In this document: positions 1 through 10,650 of the stretch, piece by piece | Position numbering within the stretch: the first letter of the stretch is position 1 | How the letters are laid out: each line of letters opens with the position of its first letter | Assembly: GCA_049322915.1 (NCBI GenBank) | Contig: JBMOPW010000034.1 | Coordinates: 584,567-648,566, forward strand | Reading direction: 5' to 3' | Length of the DNA: 64,000 nt | Source: Candidatus Zhuqueibacterota bacterium | Lineage (GTDB): Bacteria > Zhuqueibacterota > Zhuqueibacteria > Thermofontimicrobiales > Thermofontimicrobiaceae | Made by a program: the position numbers and the translations under genes | The notes under the pieces: generated by a model | The model's input: only the letters and a program-made list of their open reading frames with translations | The model's database searches: none | Told to the model about the DNA's origin: nothing

Positions 1-1128
1 AATTGCCAAAGCAACCGCTGCGGCCGTCCCTTCCATGCGTTGATCCGGCGGCAGATTCAGCACAGCGCCGATGAACGATTTTCGGGACGGTCCCACCAGT
101 ATCGGGCAGCCCAGGTCCCTGAACTCAGTCAATCGCCTCAGCAACTCGTAGTTGTCCTGAAGCCGTTTGCCAAATCCGATGCCGGGATCAATGATTACAC
201 TGCTGCGCTCGATTCCCGCCTCTTCAGCCAGCCGGATGCTCTCGGAAAGGTAGCGGACGATCTCCCCCATCAAATCGACATAGCTGGGATTCTGCTGCAT
301 ATTTTTCGGCTCGCCCTGAATATGCATCAACACGACCGGCGCGCGATGATGGGCGACTACCGTTTTCATCCGCGGGTCAAATCGCAGGCCGCTGATGTCA
401 TTGATCACATGCGCGCCGGCATTCAGCGCCGCTTCGGCTACATTCGATTTGTACGTGTCCACGGAAATCGGGACAGCGACTTCCTTCAACAACCCTTCCA
501 GTACCGGCAGCAGCCGATCCAATTCCTGACTTTCAGGAAGCGTTTCGGCGCCCGGGCGCGTGGATTCCGCGCCAATATCGATGATGTCCGCGCCTTCCTC
601 CACCATCCGGATTCCCTGCGCGATGGCTTTTCCCGCCTCTAAAAATGCGCCGCCATCAGAAAAAGAATCCGGCGTGACATTGAGAATTCCCATGATGTGG
701 GTGCGGTGCGACAAATCCAGGACATGATGCTGCATCGTCAATTTGAATTGGCGCGGCGCCAGTTCCGCTTCGATGATGGCCTGTATTTTTTCCGCCAATG
801 CCGGCAGGCCAAACGGCTGAGCTTTCAGCTTCGGAATGAGCCGCTGAAAAATTTTCACACTCCCGATCAAAATGGAGTCTGTCGAGGTCACATCATTTTT
901 TATCACCGCCCGATGATTGGCGCAATCGCCCCCAAGGCTCAGCATTTCCTGCTTCAAAATGAGCGCCGCTGGCGACGACACTTTTTCGATCTTAATGCTC
1001 AATCCCAGCGCTTTCGGCGCCATAACATTGACGCCGCTGGGATCCACGCCAACCGCCAGTAATTCGCGCTCCACATCGTCTATGGTGTTGAAATGTAACC
1101 TGCGGACCTGTCCTGTTGAAGCGCTCAT
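1..1128 (-). CDS. folP: Dihydropteroate synthase with ~140-aa N-terminal extension (3' end runs off the window)
   Basis: Translated by hand from ATG at 1128, which overlaps the upstream TGA as ATGA. Reads MSASTGQVRR...HIMGILNVTPDSFSDGG...LVGPSRKSFIG, both hallmark DHPS motifs. Not in the ORF track. Confidence 0.95.
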   Translation of the reverse strand, partial: MSASTGQVRRLHFNTIDDVERELLAVGVDPSGVNVMAPKALGLSIKIEKVSSPAALILKQEMLSLGGDCANHRAVIKNDVTSTDSILIGSVKIFQRLIPKLKAQPFGLPALAEKIQAIIEAELAPRQFKLTMQHHVLDLSHRTHIMGILNVTPDSFSDGGAFLEAGKAIAQGIRMVEEGADIIDIGAESTRPGAETLPESQELDRLLPVLEGLLKEVAVPISVDTYKSNVAEAALNAGAHVINDISGLRFDPRMKTVVAHHRAPVVLMHIQGEPKNMQQNPSYVDLMGEIVRYLSESIRLAEEAGIERSSVIIDPGIGFGKRLQDNYELLRRLTEFRDLGCPILVGPSRKSFIGAVLNLPPDQRMEGTAAAVALAI

Positions 1129-2732
1129 GGCTGCTCGTTCGTTTTTTGTTGGGTCGAATCCTGATTCACCAAAATGAACAGATGCTTCCGCGCTTCCTCC
1201 GCAAATTCATCCTCCAGACCTTTACGATTGCGAATTCGGTAGCGGAAGTGCTCGATGGCTTTTTCCCTGTCGCCTCGCGCTTCGTACAAAAACGCCAGGA
1301 ACAGATGGGCGTTCAAATGGTTGTCGATGGCAATAGCCCGCTGCAAAAGTTTTTCGGAGGTCTCCAGATCTTCTGAGTTATAGTACAGAATCCCCAGGTT
1401 ATAGAACGCATCGGAGTTGTTCGGCTGGAGGGCGATGATTTTATCATACACTTCGACGATCTTCATCATGTCATTTCGGACCACATATAACCGGCCCAGA
1501 GCCGTCAATACCGGCACTGCATCCGGATTAATGACCAAATAACGCTCCAGCGATTCGATCGCCTTTTCGCGCTTGTTATCAAATAAGTAATGATCCGACA
1601 GCATCAAATACCCGTCCTCGTAACAAGGGTCAATGAAAATCGCTCGTTGAAATAATTGCCGTTCCGTGTCGAAACCGATTTTTTTATACCGAAACGGATG
1701 AAGCCGCGACATGGTCAGGTAAAGCCTGGGATAATGGGGATTCAGCCGAAATGAATTGAGCAAATGATGTTCGGCCAATGACCAGCGCTCCTGGTAAATA
1801 TAATACTCGCCCAGCAGGGCCATGGCCTCCGCCTGCGTCGAATCCAGAACCATGGCGCGGGTGAAGTAATTTCGCGTATGGTCGAACTCCTCGACCGGCG
1901 AGGCGCCGGACTTTTTCTTCGCCAGCGCGGCAAAAAACCAGCTCTTGCCTGAAAGCACAAGCGCCGGCACAAAATTGGAATCCAGGGAAACAACCTGCGC
2001 GGCTAACACAGCCGATTCCCCGTACTTTTCCTGGTCGAACCGCTCCCGCGCAGCCCAATAGTTTTGGAAATTCTCCGGCGTCGTTTGGGCGATGGCCAGG
2101 CTTTTGGCTTCAATGGAGCTATTCAACCCGGCGAGAATTTTCACACAAATCCGATGGCTGTCCTCGGCCAATTTTTCAGCGATCACCGGCTGCGCTTCCT
2201 GCACGACAACCTCCCCGGTCTTTGAATTGTAGACTTTCCAGGTGAGCGTCGCGACACTCGGCTCGCGTTTTTGCGAGCCGGTCAGAAAGAAATCGCCGCC
2301 AATTTTCAGGCTCAGATTTTTGAAGTGATCGATGGAAACGGCTGAATCGTTCGCGGTGAGAGAGGCAGTCCAATCCGCCGGGGACACGATCGCCCGATCG
2401 TGAACCGAATGGATCAGTTCGTTTGAGACTGCATCCCAGAGTTGCTTCGCCGGCCAGTCTGAGTCCGGAGATCCGGCTTCGGAATACATCGGGAAAATCT
2501 GGAGCCGGAAATCCACGTGGGGAGGCCTGTTTTTAATGAGATAATAGCCAATCGCAGTGACAAATATTGCAGTGAAGGAGATCATGAGCCAGGCGAGGAT
2601 TTTCTTGTTCATCATCTCCGCAGTTCTGTACAGGTAAATCAAAACGAAAATAGCGCTTATAAAAATGACGATAAAAACCGGCAATAAAGCTGGTACGTTC
2701 GTTACTATCCAGTGCAACACAATTCCCGTCAT
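1125..2732 (-). CDS. Membrane-anchored TPR-repeat protein
   Basis: Two N-terminal hydrophobic helices, then multiple TPR-like repeats (e.g. DAFYNLGILYYN, AHLFLAFLYE). Confidence 0.8.
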   Translation of the reverse strand: MTGIVLHWIVTNVPALLPVFIVIFISAIFVLIYLYRTAEMMNKKILAWLMISFTAIFVTAIGYYLIKNRPPHVDFRLQIFPMYSEAGSPDSDWPAKQLWDAVSNELIHSVHDRAIVSPADWTASLTANDSAVSIDHFKNLSLKIGGDFFLTGSQKREPSVATLTWKVYNSKTGEVVVQEAQPVIAEKLAEDSHRICVKILAGLNSSIEAKSLAIAQTTPENFQNYWAARERFDQEKYGESAVLAAQVVSLDSNFVPALVLSGKSWFFAALAKKKSGASPVEEFDHTRNYFTRAMVLDSTQAEAMALLGEYYIYQERWSLAEHHLLNSFRLNPHYPRLYLTMSRLHPFRYKKIGFDTERQLFQRAIFIDPCYEDGYLMLSDHYLFDNKREKAIESLERYLVINPDAVPVLTALGRLYVVRNDMMKIVEVYDKIIALQPNNSDAFYNLGILYYNSEDLETSEKLLQRAIAIDNHLNAHLFLAFLYEARGDREKAIEHFRYRIRNRKGLEDEFAEEARKHLFILVNQDSTQQKTNEQP

Positions 2733-2832
2733 CGTTCTCCTCCTCGGTTGTTATCCCGGTACTGCTAACAAAACAACCCCAACAAAAAAATGTTGAGGCT
2801 GTTTTCATATCGCTTCATACGCCTGAATTTTT

Positions 2833-4923
2833 TCAATTATCTTCAGATTTAGGTTTGGCCTTTTTGCGGGTCGACTTCTTCACTTCCGTCGGCTCAGTAT
2901 CTCCGGCAGCCGTTGTTTTTGTTCGGCGCGAAGTTTTTTTCGTTGGTTCGACCGGCGGCTCCTGGATGTTATCAACGATTTTATCGATTTCGGCCCCATC
3001 GAGGATTTCCTTCTCCAGTAACCGTTTCGCCAAGCGGTGGAGCTTGTCGATATTCTCGCTCAGCAGTCTTTCACTTATCTGAGACGCGTTCTCAATGATA
3101 TTTTTCACTTCCTCATCGATCAACTGGGCTGTCCGTTCGCTATAATCCCGATGCTGGGAAATTTCCCGACCCAGGAATATCTCTTCCTGCTTTTTCCCGA
3201 ATGTCATGGGGCCCATCTTTTCGCTCATCCCCCATTCGCACACCATTTTGCGGGCGACAGCCGTAGCCCGTTCAATGTCATTGGCTGCGCCGGTGGTCAA
3301 TTCATTCATCACCAGCTTTTCAGCGGTGCGACCGCCGAGCAGGTGGATGAGAGCTCGCTCGTAGTAATCTTTGGAATGAGTATGTTTTTCATCAATGGGC
3401 AAATAGGTGGTGGCGCCCAACGCCCGACCACGCGGGATGATCGTCACTTTATGCACCGGATCCGAACCCGGCGTCAACTTCGCGAGCAGCGCGTGACCCG
3501 CTTCGTGGTACGCAGTGCTCTTTTTCTCTTCGTCCGTGATGATGAGGCTTCGTCGCTCCGTGCCCATCATCTCTTTATCTTTGGCCTCTTCCAGGTCGTT
3601 CATGTCGACCTTTTTCTTGTTTCTTCTGGCGGCCAGAAGCGCGGCTTCGTTGACCATATTGGCCAGATCCGCTCCGGAAAAACCGGGCGTTCCCTTGGCC
3701 ACCACGGGAAGGTTAACATCTTCGGCCAGAGGAATTTTGCGGGTGTGAACTTTCAAGATTCCTTCACGTCCGCGAACGTCCGGCAGGTCCACCACAATCT
3801 GGCGGTCAAATCGGCCGGGACGCAGCAGCGCCGAATCCAGCACATCCGGTCGGTTGGTTGCCGCGATGAGGATGACGCCCTCGTTGGAATCGAAGCCGTC
3901 CATTTCGACCAGCAATTGATTCAATGTTTGCTCACGTTCATCATGCCCGCCACCGAGACCTGCGCCGCGATGTCGCCCCACTGCATCCAATTCATCGATG
4001 AAAATGATGCACGGCGCGTTCTTCTTTCCCTGATCGAACAAATCTCTCACGCGGGACGCGCCCACGCCGACGAACATCTCCACGAAGTCAGCGCCGGACA
4101 TGCTGAAAAACGGGACGCCGGCTTCACCAGCCACGGCTTTCGCCAGTAACGTTTTCCCTGTTCCCGGAGGGCCTAACAGCAACGCACCTTTGGGAATTTT
4201 CCCGCCCAGCTTTTGAAATTTTTCCGGCTCCTTGAGAAACTCGATTATTTCCCGCACTTCCTGTTTGGCTTCCTCAGCGCCGGCCACATCCTGAAACGTG
4301 ACTTTCATCTTGTTTTCGGTGAGCAGTTTGGCTCGCGATTTCCCGAATGAAAAAATCCCCTTTGTCCCTCCTCCCTGCATTCTCCGCAGCAGCACAAACC
4401 AGAAAAGAATAATCAACACAAATGGCAACGAATTGAGAAGGTACCCCCACCAGTCCACTGTTTTTGGCTTGAACGTAATATCAATTCCATACTCATCGAT
4501 CCAGCGATAGGCCGTCTCAAAGTCCGGCTCCTGCGGTAGTATCGTTAAAAACAATTTGATATTTTTATTCGGAACATCAGGGTTCTGACGCGCTTCTTTC
4601 AACTCGCCATGAAATTCCTTGCCCCGAATTTCCCCCTTCAGAACAAGCTTCTGCTCCAGCCAATTCTTAAAGACCGGGAATTGAACCGTCACCTGCTCCT
4701 GTCCGCTGCGGCTGAGCATTTTCGAAACCCAGATGGTGATGATGATAAATATTAACCAGAACAAAAAGGTCTTCGATGCTTTCTGCCATTGAAAATTATC
4801 CTCCTTTTTCTTCCGTTGTTTATCCATCTTGGATCCAGGAGGGGTGCGACGTTCCATTCGAATTTTATCATCTTCGCTGTTATTCTCTTGAGAAAATAGA
4901 AGTTGTTTTAATTTATCCATCAT
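2833..4923 (-). CDS. ftsH: ATP-dependent zinc metalloprotease FtsH
   Basis: Two TM segments, Walker A GPPGTGKT, Walker [33 protein letters not shown] zinc motif. Confidence 0.98.
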   Translation of the reverse strand: MMDKLKQLLFSQENNSEDDKIRMERRTPPGSKMDKQRKKKEDNFQWQKASKTFLFWLIFIIITIWVSKMLSRSGQEQVTVQFPVFKNWLEQKLVLKGEIRGKEFHGELKEARQNPDVPNKNIKLFLTILPQEPDFETAYRWIDEYGIDITFKPKTVDWWGYLLNSLPFVLIILFWFVLLRRMQGGGTKGIFSFGKSRAKLLTENKMKVTFQDVAGAEEAKQEVREIIEFLKEPEKFQKLGGKIPKGALLLGPPGTGKTLLAKAVAGEAGVPFFSMSGADFVEMFVGVGASRVRDLFDQGKKNAPCIIFIDELDAVGRHRGAGLGGGHDEREQTLNQLLVEMDGFDSNEGVILIAATNRPDVLDSALLRPGRFDRQIVVDLPDVRGREGILKVHTRKIPLAEDVNLPVVAKGTPGFSGADLANMVNEAALLAARRNKKKVDMNDLEEAKDKEMMGTERRSLIITDEEKKSTAYHEAGHALLAKLTPGSDPVHKVTIIPRGRALGATTYLPIDEKHTHSKDYYERALIHLLGGRTAEKLVMNELTTGAANDIERATAVARKMVCEWGMSEKMGPMTFGKKQEEIFLGREISQHRDYSERTAQLIDEEVKNIIENASQISERLLSENIDKLHRLAKRLLEKEILDGAEIDKIVDNIQEPPVEPTKKTSRRTKTTAAGDTEPTEVKKSTRKKAKPKSEDN

Positions 4924-4946
4924 ACGGCTACATATCTCCAATAGGT

Positions 4947-5495
4947 TTAATCTTCAATTACATAGATCGATTTCAAATTGCGGAATTTCTGATCATAATC
5001 CAGACCATACCCTACGACGAACTTTGTCGGTATGTTAAATCCAATATAATCCAATTTAAAATCGACGACTGCGTTGTCTTCCTTTAGCAACAACGATACA
5101 AACTTCAATGACGCTGGCGTTGTCTCGCTGAACATGCGCTCTAAAAACTGAATCGACCGGCCGGAATCTGCAATATCTTCCACGATGATCACGTGACGCC
5201 CATCCACGTGGCTGTCGAATTGTTTCTTCGCTTTGATTTGCCCGGACGAAACTTTGCCGCCGCCATAGCTGGAAATTTTCACAAAATCCACTTCTGAATC
5301 AATATCCATTTCGCGTATCAAGTCCGAAAGAAAAATAAATGCGCCATTCAAAACGCCGATCAAAATTGGGCACTTTCCCCGGTATTCATCGGAAAGCTGC
5401 CGGGCCAATTCTTTGACACGTCGTTTAATCTGTTCCTCAGAAATAAGCTCCACATACCGTTCGCCATTTATTTCAAAAACTTTGGTATCCGTCAT
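4947..5495 (-). CDS. hpt: Hypoxanthine phosphoribosyltransferase
   Basis: [12 protein letters not shown]-binding [19 protein letters not shown]; lies between tilS and ftsH. Confidence 0.95.
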   Translation of the reverse strand: MTDTKVFEINGERYVELISEEQIKRRVKELARQLSDEYRGKCPILIGVLNGAFIFLSDLIREMDIDSEVDFVKISSYGGGKVSSGQIKAKKQFDSHVDGRHVIIVEDIADSGRSIQFLERMFSETTPASLKFVSLLLKEDNAVVDFKLDYIGFNIPTKFVVGYGLDYDQKFRNLKSIYVIED

Positions 5496-6888
5496 GCACT
5501 TCATTCCTTTTCATTTGAAGTTTCATCAAGCGTTTTGTACCCGAAGTCATTTTAAACCGATCATCAATGATAAAGCCCATGATCCAGATAATTCCGGTCC
5601 GGCAAACCAGCAGTGGAATCTCGCGACGCTCGTGGAGCGGAATTTTCAAATCAGTGAAATAATTGGACAGCTTTTTCTCTCCCTGAAAATGAAGCGGTCT
5701 GAAGCGATCCCCATTTCGAAAATATCGAACGACCATTGGCCCGCTCACTGCATCCGCATCAATCCACTCGGTATTTTTATCCTCCGGCGTGAAACCTGTG
5801 AACTGATTCGCCTCGACACTATCCACGCGCAACGTTCCCCCTTCAGCATCCAGTTGATATTCGTTTCCGGGCTCAACTGTAAATTCGCTCCGGGCTGGCG
5901 ACAGTCGTTGAAACACAAGCTGTCCGTGATCCACTGTGATGTGTAGCTGCGGCGTCACCTGGACTTTTTTCCCGGTCGCTTTTGCTCCGGCAATTTTCAA
6001 AATCCGATCCATCGTCTCCGTCGTCAGAAACGACCTCGGAAAAACCAACCGATCTAAAATCTGGTAAATGATATATTTTTGAATGATTATAAAATAGTTT
6101 AAAAATGAATCAATTTCAAGGATTATTTTATTTTTTTTCAGGCTGATGAGACAGGTCTCAAAAGCGGACTTTGACGTTTCATTCAAAAAATCCTCTGCCT
6201 CGCGCATGATGCCGGCAGTTCTCAATACAATCGACGGCAGCGCCGGATTGTACTCCTTTTTCAAATATGGAATCAGGTCACATCGAATTCGGTTCCTCCG
6301 GTAGATGGGCATTTCATTGGTGGAATCGATAAGGTAATGTAACGAATGAGACGTTGCGTAGGTTTCAATTTCGTCGCGTGTGGCAAACAAAAGAGGGCGA
6401 ATGTAGCGGTCTCGTTTGGGAGCCATGCCGGACAATCCCCTCAATCCGCTGCCGCGCAAAAAATGATCGATGATGGTCTCGACCTGGTCATCGGCATGGT
6501 GGCCCATCGCCAGCGACGTTGCCCCGGTCCTGGTCAGAACCTGTTCAAAAAACCGGAAGCGCAAAATTCGGGCGCCCTCTTCGACGGACAGGTTGTTTCG
6601 CGCAATGAATTTCGGTACATTCACCTGGCGCGAGTGACACGGAAGGTGGTATTGGGCTGAAAGCGCTGCGACGAACTGCTGATCCCGGTTCGCTTCGTCG
6701 CCGCGCAACCGATGATTCATATGGACGATTTCCAGTTTCAAGGGCGTGGCAGCGGACATCTGAAGCAACAGATGCAACAGCGCCACAGAATCAACGCCGC
6801 CAGAGACAGCGACCAGAATGTAATCCTGCTCATGGACGAGTTGGTGCTGCATGCAATACTGAAAAAATTTTTGAGACAGACTATTCAT
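5473..6888 (-). CDS. tilS: tRNA(Ile)-lysidine synthetase
   Basis: PP-loop AVSGGVDS, HHADDQVET, IRPLL, RNRIR and a C-terminal TilS domain. Start uncertain. Confidence 0.95.
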   Translation of the reverse strand: MNSLSQKFFQYCMQHQLVHEQDYILVAVSGGVDSVALLHLLLQMSAATPLKLEIVHMNHRLRGDEANRDQQFVAALSAQYHLPCHSRQVNVPKFIARNNLSVEEGARILRFRFFEQVLTRTGATSLAMGHHADDQVETIIDHFLRGSGLRGLSGMAPKRDRYIRPLLFATRDEIETYATSHSLHYLIDSTNEMPIYRRNRIRCDLIPYLKKEYNPALPSIVLRTAGIMREAEDFLNETSKSAFETCLISLKKNKIILEIDSFLNYFIIIQKYIIYQILDRLVFPRSFLTTETMDRILKIAGAKATGKKVQVTPQLHITVDHGQLVFQRLSPARSEFTVEPGNEYQLDAEGGTLRVDSVEANQFTGFTPEDKNTEWIDADAVSGPMVVRYFRNGDRFRPLHFQGEKKLSNYFTDLKIPLHERREIPLLVCRTGIIWIMGFIIDDRFKMTSGTKRLMKLQMKRNEVHDGYQSF

Positions 6889-7054
6889 ACTGAACGTCTT
6901 TGGTATTTTCAAGCGACGAATCGCCATGCAACCGAGCGCAGATGATTTGCTCATCCGGGCCGGCGAATATGCCGGATAGACAAAAAAAAGACCTTTCTGC
7001 AACGAAAGGTCTCTACCATAAAAAGCTCGTACTATTATTAGATGCCGAAAGAAG

Positions 7055-7128
7055 TAGCGGCGCAGGGATTCGAACCCCGGACACGTGGATTATGATTCCA
7101 CTGCTCTGACCAGCTGAGCTACGCCGCC
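7055..7128 (-). tRNA. tRNA-Met (CAT), elongator type; CCA not encoded
   Basis: Reverse complement GGCGGCGTAGCTCAGCTGGTCAGAGCAGTGGAATCATAATCCACGTGTCCGGGGTTCGAATCCCTGCGCCGCTA. Cloverleaf with anticodon stem GTGGA/TCCAC, anticodon CAT and GTTCGAAT T-loop. Confidence 0.93.
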
Positions 7129-7264
7129 ATTTTTAAAGGTGAAAAATATAAGATTTTTTTGCATGAAAGTCAAGGAAAATTTCCCGCCACGTTGGACAAA
7201 AATCATCAGATACAATTTTTTTCGCCTGTTAAATTGACCTGAGTTCCGGCCGAATGCAGCACAA

Positions 7265-8233
7265 TCATTCTTCCATTGCCTTGCAGGCGCGGATAAAATC
7301 CCGGGCGCTGTGAATGTAGCCAAACATCAGGCTGGTTCGCCACAGGGCTTCCTGTTTGTTCAACTCGCCGACAGCGGACTCCTTGTTCTCCACGGCGGTG
7401 ACCGCTTCTTTGATGCAGGAACAACGATACCCCAGACGCGACATATCCACCATGCCGCACGGTGAAAACCAGAGGCACCAGTTCAGCGCAAATCCAATAT
7501 AGATCAAATTCCAGATGCCCTTGGTCCGCAGCACTTCATTGAGCTGATGCGTGGTGAACACGACAAACTCGTCTGCCAGGGGGCGGGCCAATTCCGGGAA
7601 ATCGATATGGGGCGAGTAATGGGCCAGCGCGTCGGTAAATTGACTGCCGAACAGCAAATTGGCCTTGCCCTCATCCGGCGATTTTCCGTCGCTGGAAGCC
7701 GGCGCGGTCGGCAACCCGGGAGGTTCATCTCCGGCAATTTCCAGCGCCCGGCGATAGCCGGGATATTTTTTCGCATACGGCTCGTCCGACGCGACATGAA
7801 TCACGGTGAGTTGGGCATCGCGCGCCGCTTTCAGGATAGGCGGAATTTCCTGCTGAATGATGGGCACGGACCGGCTGGCCCATTCCAGCATTTCCATGAC
7901 CGGGCCGGCTTTTCCCGCCGGTGAAAAGGACAATTCCGGATGAAAACCAATATTCCAGATGTGCATGGGGATGAGCGCCGTCTCCGCCATCGGCGCCTCC
8001 AGTTCAACGGAATTGCCCCATCCATGAAAGCCTGTCGCGCCTGTTTTGCCTTTCGAAAAATCGACCGGATAATGCCGGTAATATTCTCCCTTCAGCTTCA
8101 GCATCCGGCGGTCCGCGCCGAACTCCCCGGCCAAAAGTCGGGGCTTTGTCATTTTCACGTCTGTCAACAGGTCCGGCGTCGCAATGGAAGCCGTGGCCAG
8201 CAGGCTATTTTTCAAAAACTTTCTTCGGTTCAT
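7265..8233 (-). CDS. Tat-exported isochorismatase/cysteine-hydrolase-like protein
   Basis: Twin-arginine signal MNRRKFLK; LKAARDAQLTVIHV and LIYIGFALNWCL segments resemble the isochorismatase fold. Confidence 0.6.
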   Translation of the reverse strand: MNRRKFLKNSLLATASIATPDLLTDVKMTKPRLLAGEFGADRRMLKLKGEYYRHYPVDFSKGKTGATGFHGWGNSVELEAPMAETALIPMHIWNIGFHPELSFSPAGKAGPVMEMLEWASRSVPIIQQEIPPILKAARDAQLTVIHVASDEPYAKKYPGYRRALEIAGDEPPGLPTAPASSDGKSPDEGKANLLFGSQFTDALAHYSPHIDFPELARPLADEFVVFTTHQLNEVLRTKGIWNLIYIGFALNWCLWFSPCGMVDMSRLGYRCSCIKEAVTAVENKESAVGELNKQEALWRTSLMFGYIHSARDFIRACKAMEE

Positions 8234-8276
8234 TTTTCCTCTTCAAAAATATGTCAATAATGCTTTCAACTTTTTC

Positions 8277-10559
8277 TCAGTAAAGTGACCGTGTCGTAAA
8301 AATTTTCACCTCGCCGAGTTCCATGTCCAGCGCATGAATCGCCCGATTGTCACCGGACAATTCAGTCATTGGAACGGGCAGATTCACGGTGCGTTTGCCT
8401 GGCTCGGTTGCGACAATCATGGCCGCATCCCTGGTCGCGCGGATGATGTCTGCCTTTGTGCTCCAGAGGCGCGCGCCCGAACGTTTCACCAGCCAGCGGA
8501 GAACGGCCACAGGGAGAGGCGCAGTTCCCACATAAATGGATGTCCATCCCTGCATTTTTTTTTCGGCAAACGCCACCTCCTCGCTTTCGGCCCAGAAACC
8601 GAGCGGCTCAATCTCCTCATCGGTGATCGAGAATCTCGGGAACCGTTTCGATTTCGTCCCGAAATCCAGAGTGAGTGTCTCCTCATCATCCGCCAGTTTC
8701 GCGGTTAAAATGAAAGCCTCCGGCGCGTCACTCACACGGAACCGGAAGCCTGTCAGTCGCTCCATCTGAGCCTGATCCAGGTTCTCGTGAGATACAAATC
8801 CCGGGGCATAAAACCAGACCACGGTGGCGCCGCTATTCCTGAACAGTGCGTGCAGTTGCCCGACCTCTGCCGGCGTGAGATAGAAAAGATTCACCATCAA
8901 AAAAAGGCGGTATTTCGAAACGTCCTCCGGCGCCAGGTCGAACCGGTAAAGGAAATCCACCGGCGCGCCCAGCCGATGCAGGGCCCGAGCCTGGGAATCG
9001 CCGAACCATTGCGAGAAGAAATCCATGCAGTCCGCGCCTTTCGGAAAGGGCTCTTCCGCCTTCCAGTGCCGGGTGACGAACAAGCTTTTGGCATCATACA
9101 CCGCAGCGATTTCCGCGACAGAACTCAAATCCAGCGCCGCCCGCTTCTTTCCCAGTTGGACGAATTGGTTCACCTTTTCAATGACAGCCGCCGAGTCGTA
9201 CCAGCTCCGGCGAATGGCCAACAGCGGGCCAAAATCAAACAGCCAGCCGCCATTGCCCAGCGTGAACATCTGCCCCAGATCGCGGGCCAGAATTTTCAGC
9301 GTCCCGGCCGGAGACTCGTAACCGGCGCCGCCAATGCCGGCGAGCATCGCGTCGTAATCCATTAGCGCTGCATCCGGCGCTGGATTGGAAATCGCCTGCA
9401 CACAGGTGGATGGATCCACTTCAGCAAAATAGAGTTTTCCGTGGCGTTTCAACGACTCAGGCAATACGCGGTAGCCGGCGTCCCCGGCGATTCCGCGCGA
9501 CCGTCCCAGATAATTACCAACATCATCGAACACATCATTGGGGCCGGCGTTCGGCATTTCCTGATTGGCGCTCTGGTACGAATAGGGACTGGCGATGAAA
9601 TCGAGATCAGGGCATTGGAGAATTTTTTCCGGAGCCAGATGACCGCCCTCCTGCATCCAGACATTTTCCAATTGATACCCATAAAATGCCCCGCACAGCG
9701 CGCGTCCACCGGTTTCTTCCTTGCAAATTCGGGCGAAATGGAGGATCGTCCCGGCGCATACATCTTCGTGGAAGCGGCGATAGAATTCAATCACGTCCCG
9801 CTCCTGCCGCGGATCGCGAAATAGTCCGTAGCCGGTGTGAAGTCTCGCCGCAGCATCCGGAACATAGCCCACTTTGCCGGCCATTGCCGGACTCCTATCA
9901 GGGAGAAATTCTGCCATGAAATAATGCCATTCGCCGTAAATTCCCGAGGCAATCTGATAGCCAAAAATTCGGCTGCGCAGCGGCGATGTTTCCACGTGGC
10001 GGAGGAACGCCCGAAAGATTTGTTCCATTTCCCGGCGCCAGAGGTCGGATGCAAAGGACGGCTCATTGAGATGGATCCCCCAGTGCCAGCCGCCTTCGGG
10101 ATTCAACTGCGGCGTGTGATAACGATTCTTGCCGTTGATTCCTTCGGCCACCGCCGGAACGATCATCTCATTCGGGTGATTCGCTTTCCACCATTCGGGC
10201 GCATCCAGTTGCACTCTGGGCAAGAAGTACGCGCCTGGATGAATGGCCAGCAGGTCATTGAAGAGCGCATCGAATCGGCTCCAATCATATTCCCCGGACG
10301 ACAGCCACACGGAATTCAATCCCAGGACCGGATGCAGCATATCGATGCCCGCCTGTTTAAAAAAAGGCGCTGCCTGCTTGAGACTCCAGCTCCACGCCAG
10401 CAAGGGGTATTTCTCCTCACCATTGAGGAACAACCTCGGAGCGCCACGCTCCACGCGAACAGCGGCCACTGCCGGCGCTTCACCCGCAAGCTTTTCAATG
10501 TGGCGAAACAGCATTCGATTGTCAGTTGTCATTTTTCCAGATCCGATTTCATCCATCAT
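8277..10559 (-). CDS. Glycoside hydrolase, beta-galactosidase (GH42-like/clan A) related
   Basis: GEYDWSRFD, SGIYGEWHY, DFIASPYSY and a C-terminal trimerisation-like region (ATVVWFYAPG); no clear signal peptide. Confidence 0.6.
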   Translation of the reverse strand: MMDEIGSGKMTTDNRMLFRHIEKLAGEAPAVAAVRVERGAPRLFLNGEEKYPLLAWSWSLKQAAPFFKQAGIDMLHPVLGLNSVWLSSGEYDWSRFDALFNDLLAIHPGAYFLPRVQLDAPEWWKANHPNEMIVPAVAEGINGKNRYHTPQLNPEGGWHWGIHLNEPSFASDLWRREMEQIFRAFLRHVETSPLRSRIFGYQIASGIYGEWHYFMAEFLPDRSPAMAGKVGYVPDAAARLHTGYGLFRDPRQERDVIEFYRRFHEDVCAGTILHFARICKEETGGRALCGAFYGYQLENVWMQEGGHLAPEKILQCPDLDFIASPYSYQSANQEMPNAGPNDVFDDVGNYLGRSRGIAGDAGYRVLPESLKRHGKLYFAEVDPSTCVQAISNPAPDAALMDYDAMLAGIGGAGYESPAGTLKILARDLGQMFTLGNGGWLFDFGPLLAIRRSWYDSAAVIEKVNQFVQLGKKRAALDLSSVAEIAAVYDAKSLFVTRHWKAEEPFPKGADCMDFFSQWFGDSQARALHRLGAPVDFLYRFDLAPEDVSKYRLFLMVNLFYLTPAEVGQLHALFRNSGATVVWFYAPGFVSHENLDQAQMERLTGFRFRVSDAPEAFILTAKLADDEETLTLDFGTKSKRFPRFSITDEEIEPLGFWAESEEVAFAEKKMQGWTSIYVGTAPLPVAVLRWLVKRSGARLWSTKADIIRATRDAAMIVATEPGKRTVNLPVPMTELSGDNRAIHALDMELGEVKIFTTRSLY

Positions 10560-10650
10560 AAAAGAAAAATTCAGCTACAAATCAGGTCGATGGTAGCAGT
10601 TCCCTCACCCCAATCAGGGCGGCGCCCTGCGGTCAGACCGCTTTCAGGCT

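Noticed and set aside
40..1062. Plus-strand ORFs 40-642 and 697-1062
   Set aside because: Antisense shadows of folP, which carries clear DHPS motifs on the minus strand.
3037..4149. 370-aa plus-strand ORF, and similar long antisense ORFs such as 18837-19895, 52675-53736 and 60710-61945
   Set aside because: They lie essentially within well-supported opposite-strand genes and show no recognisable motifs.
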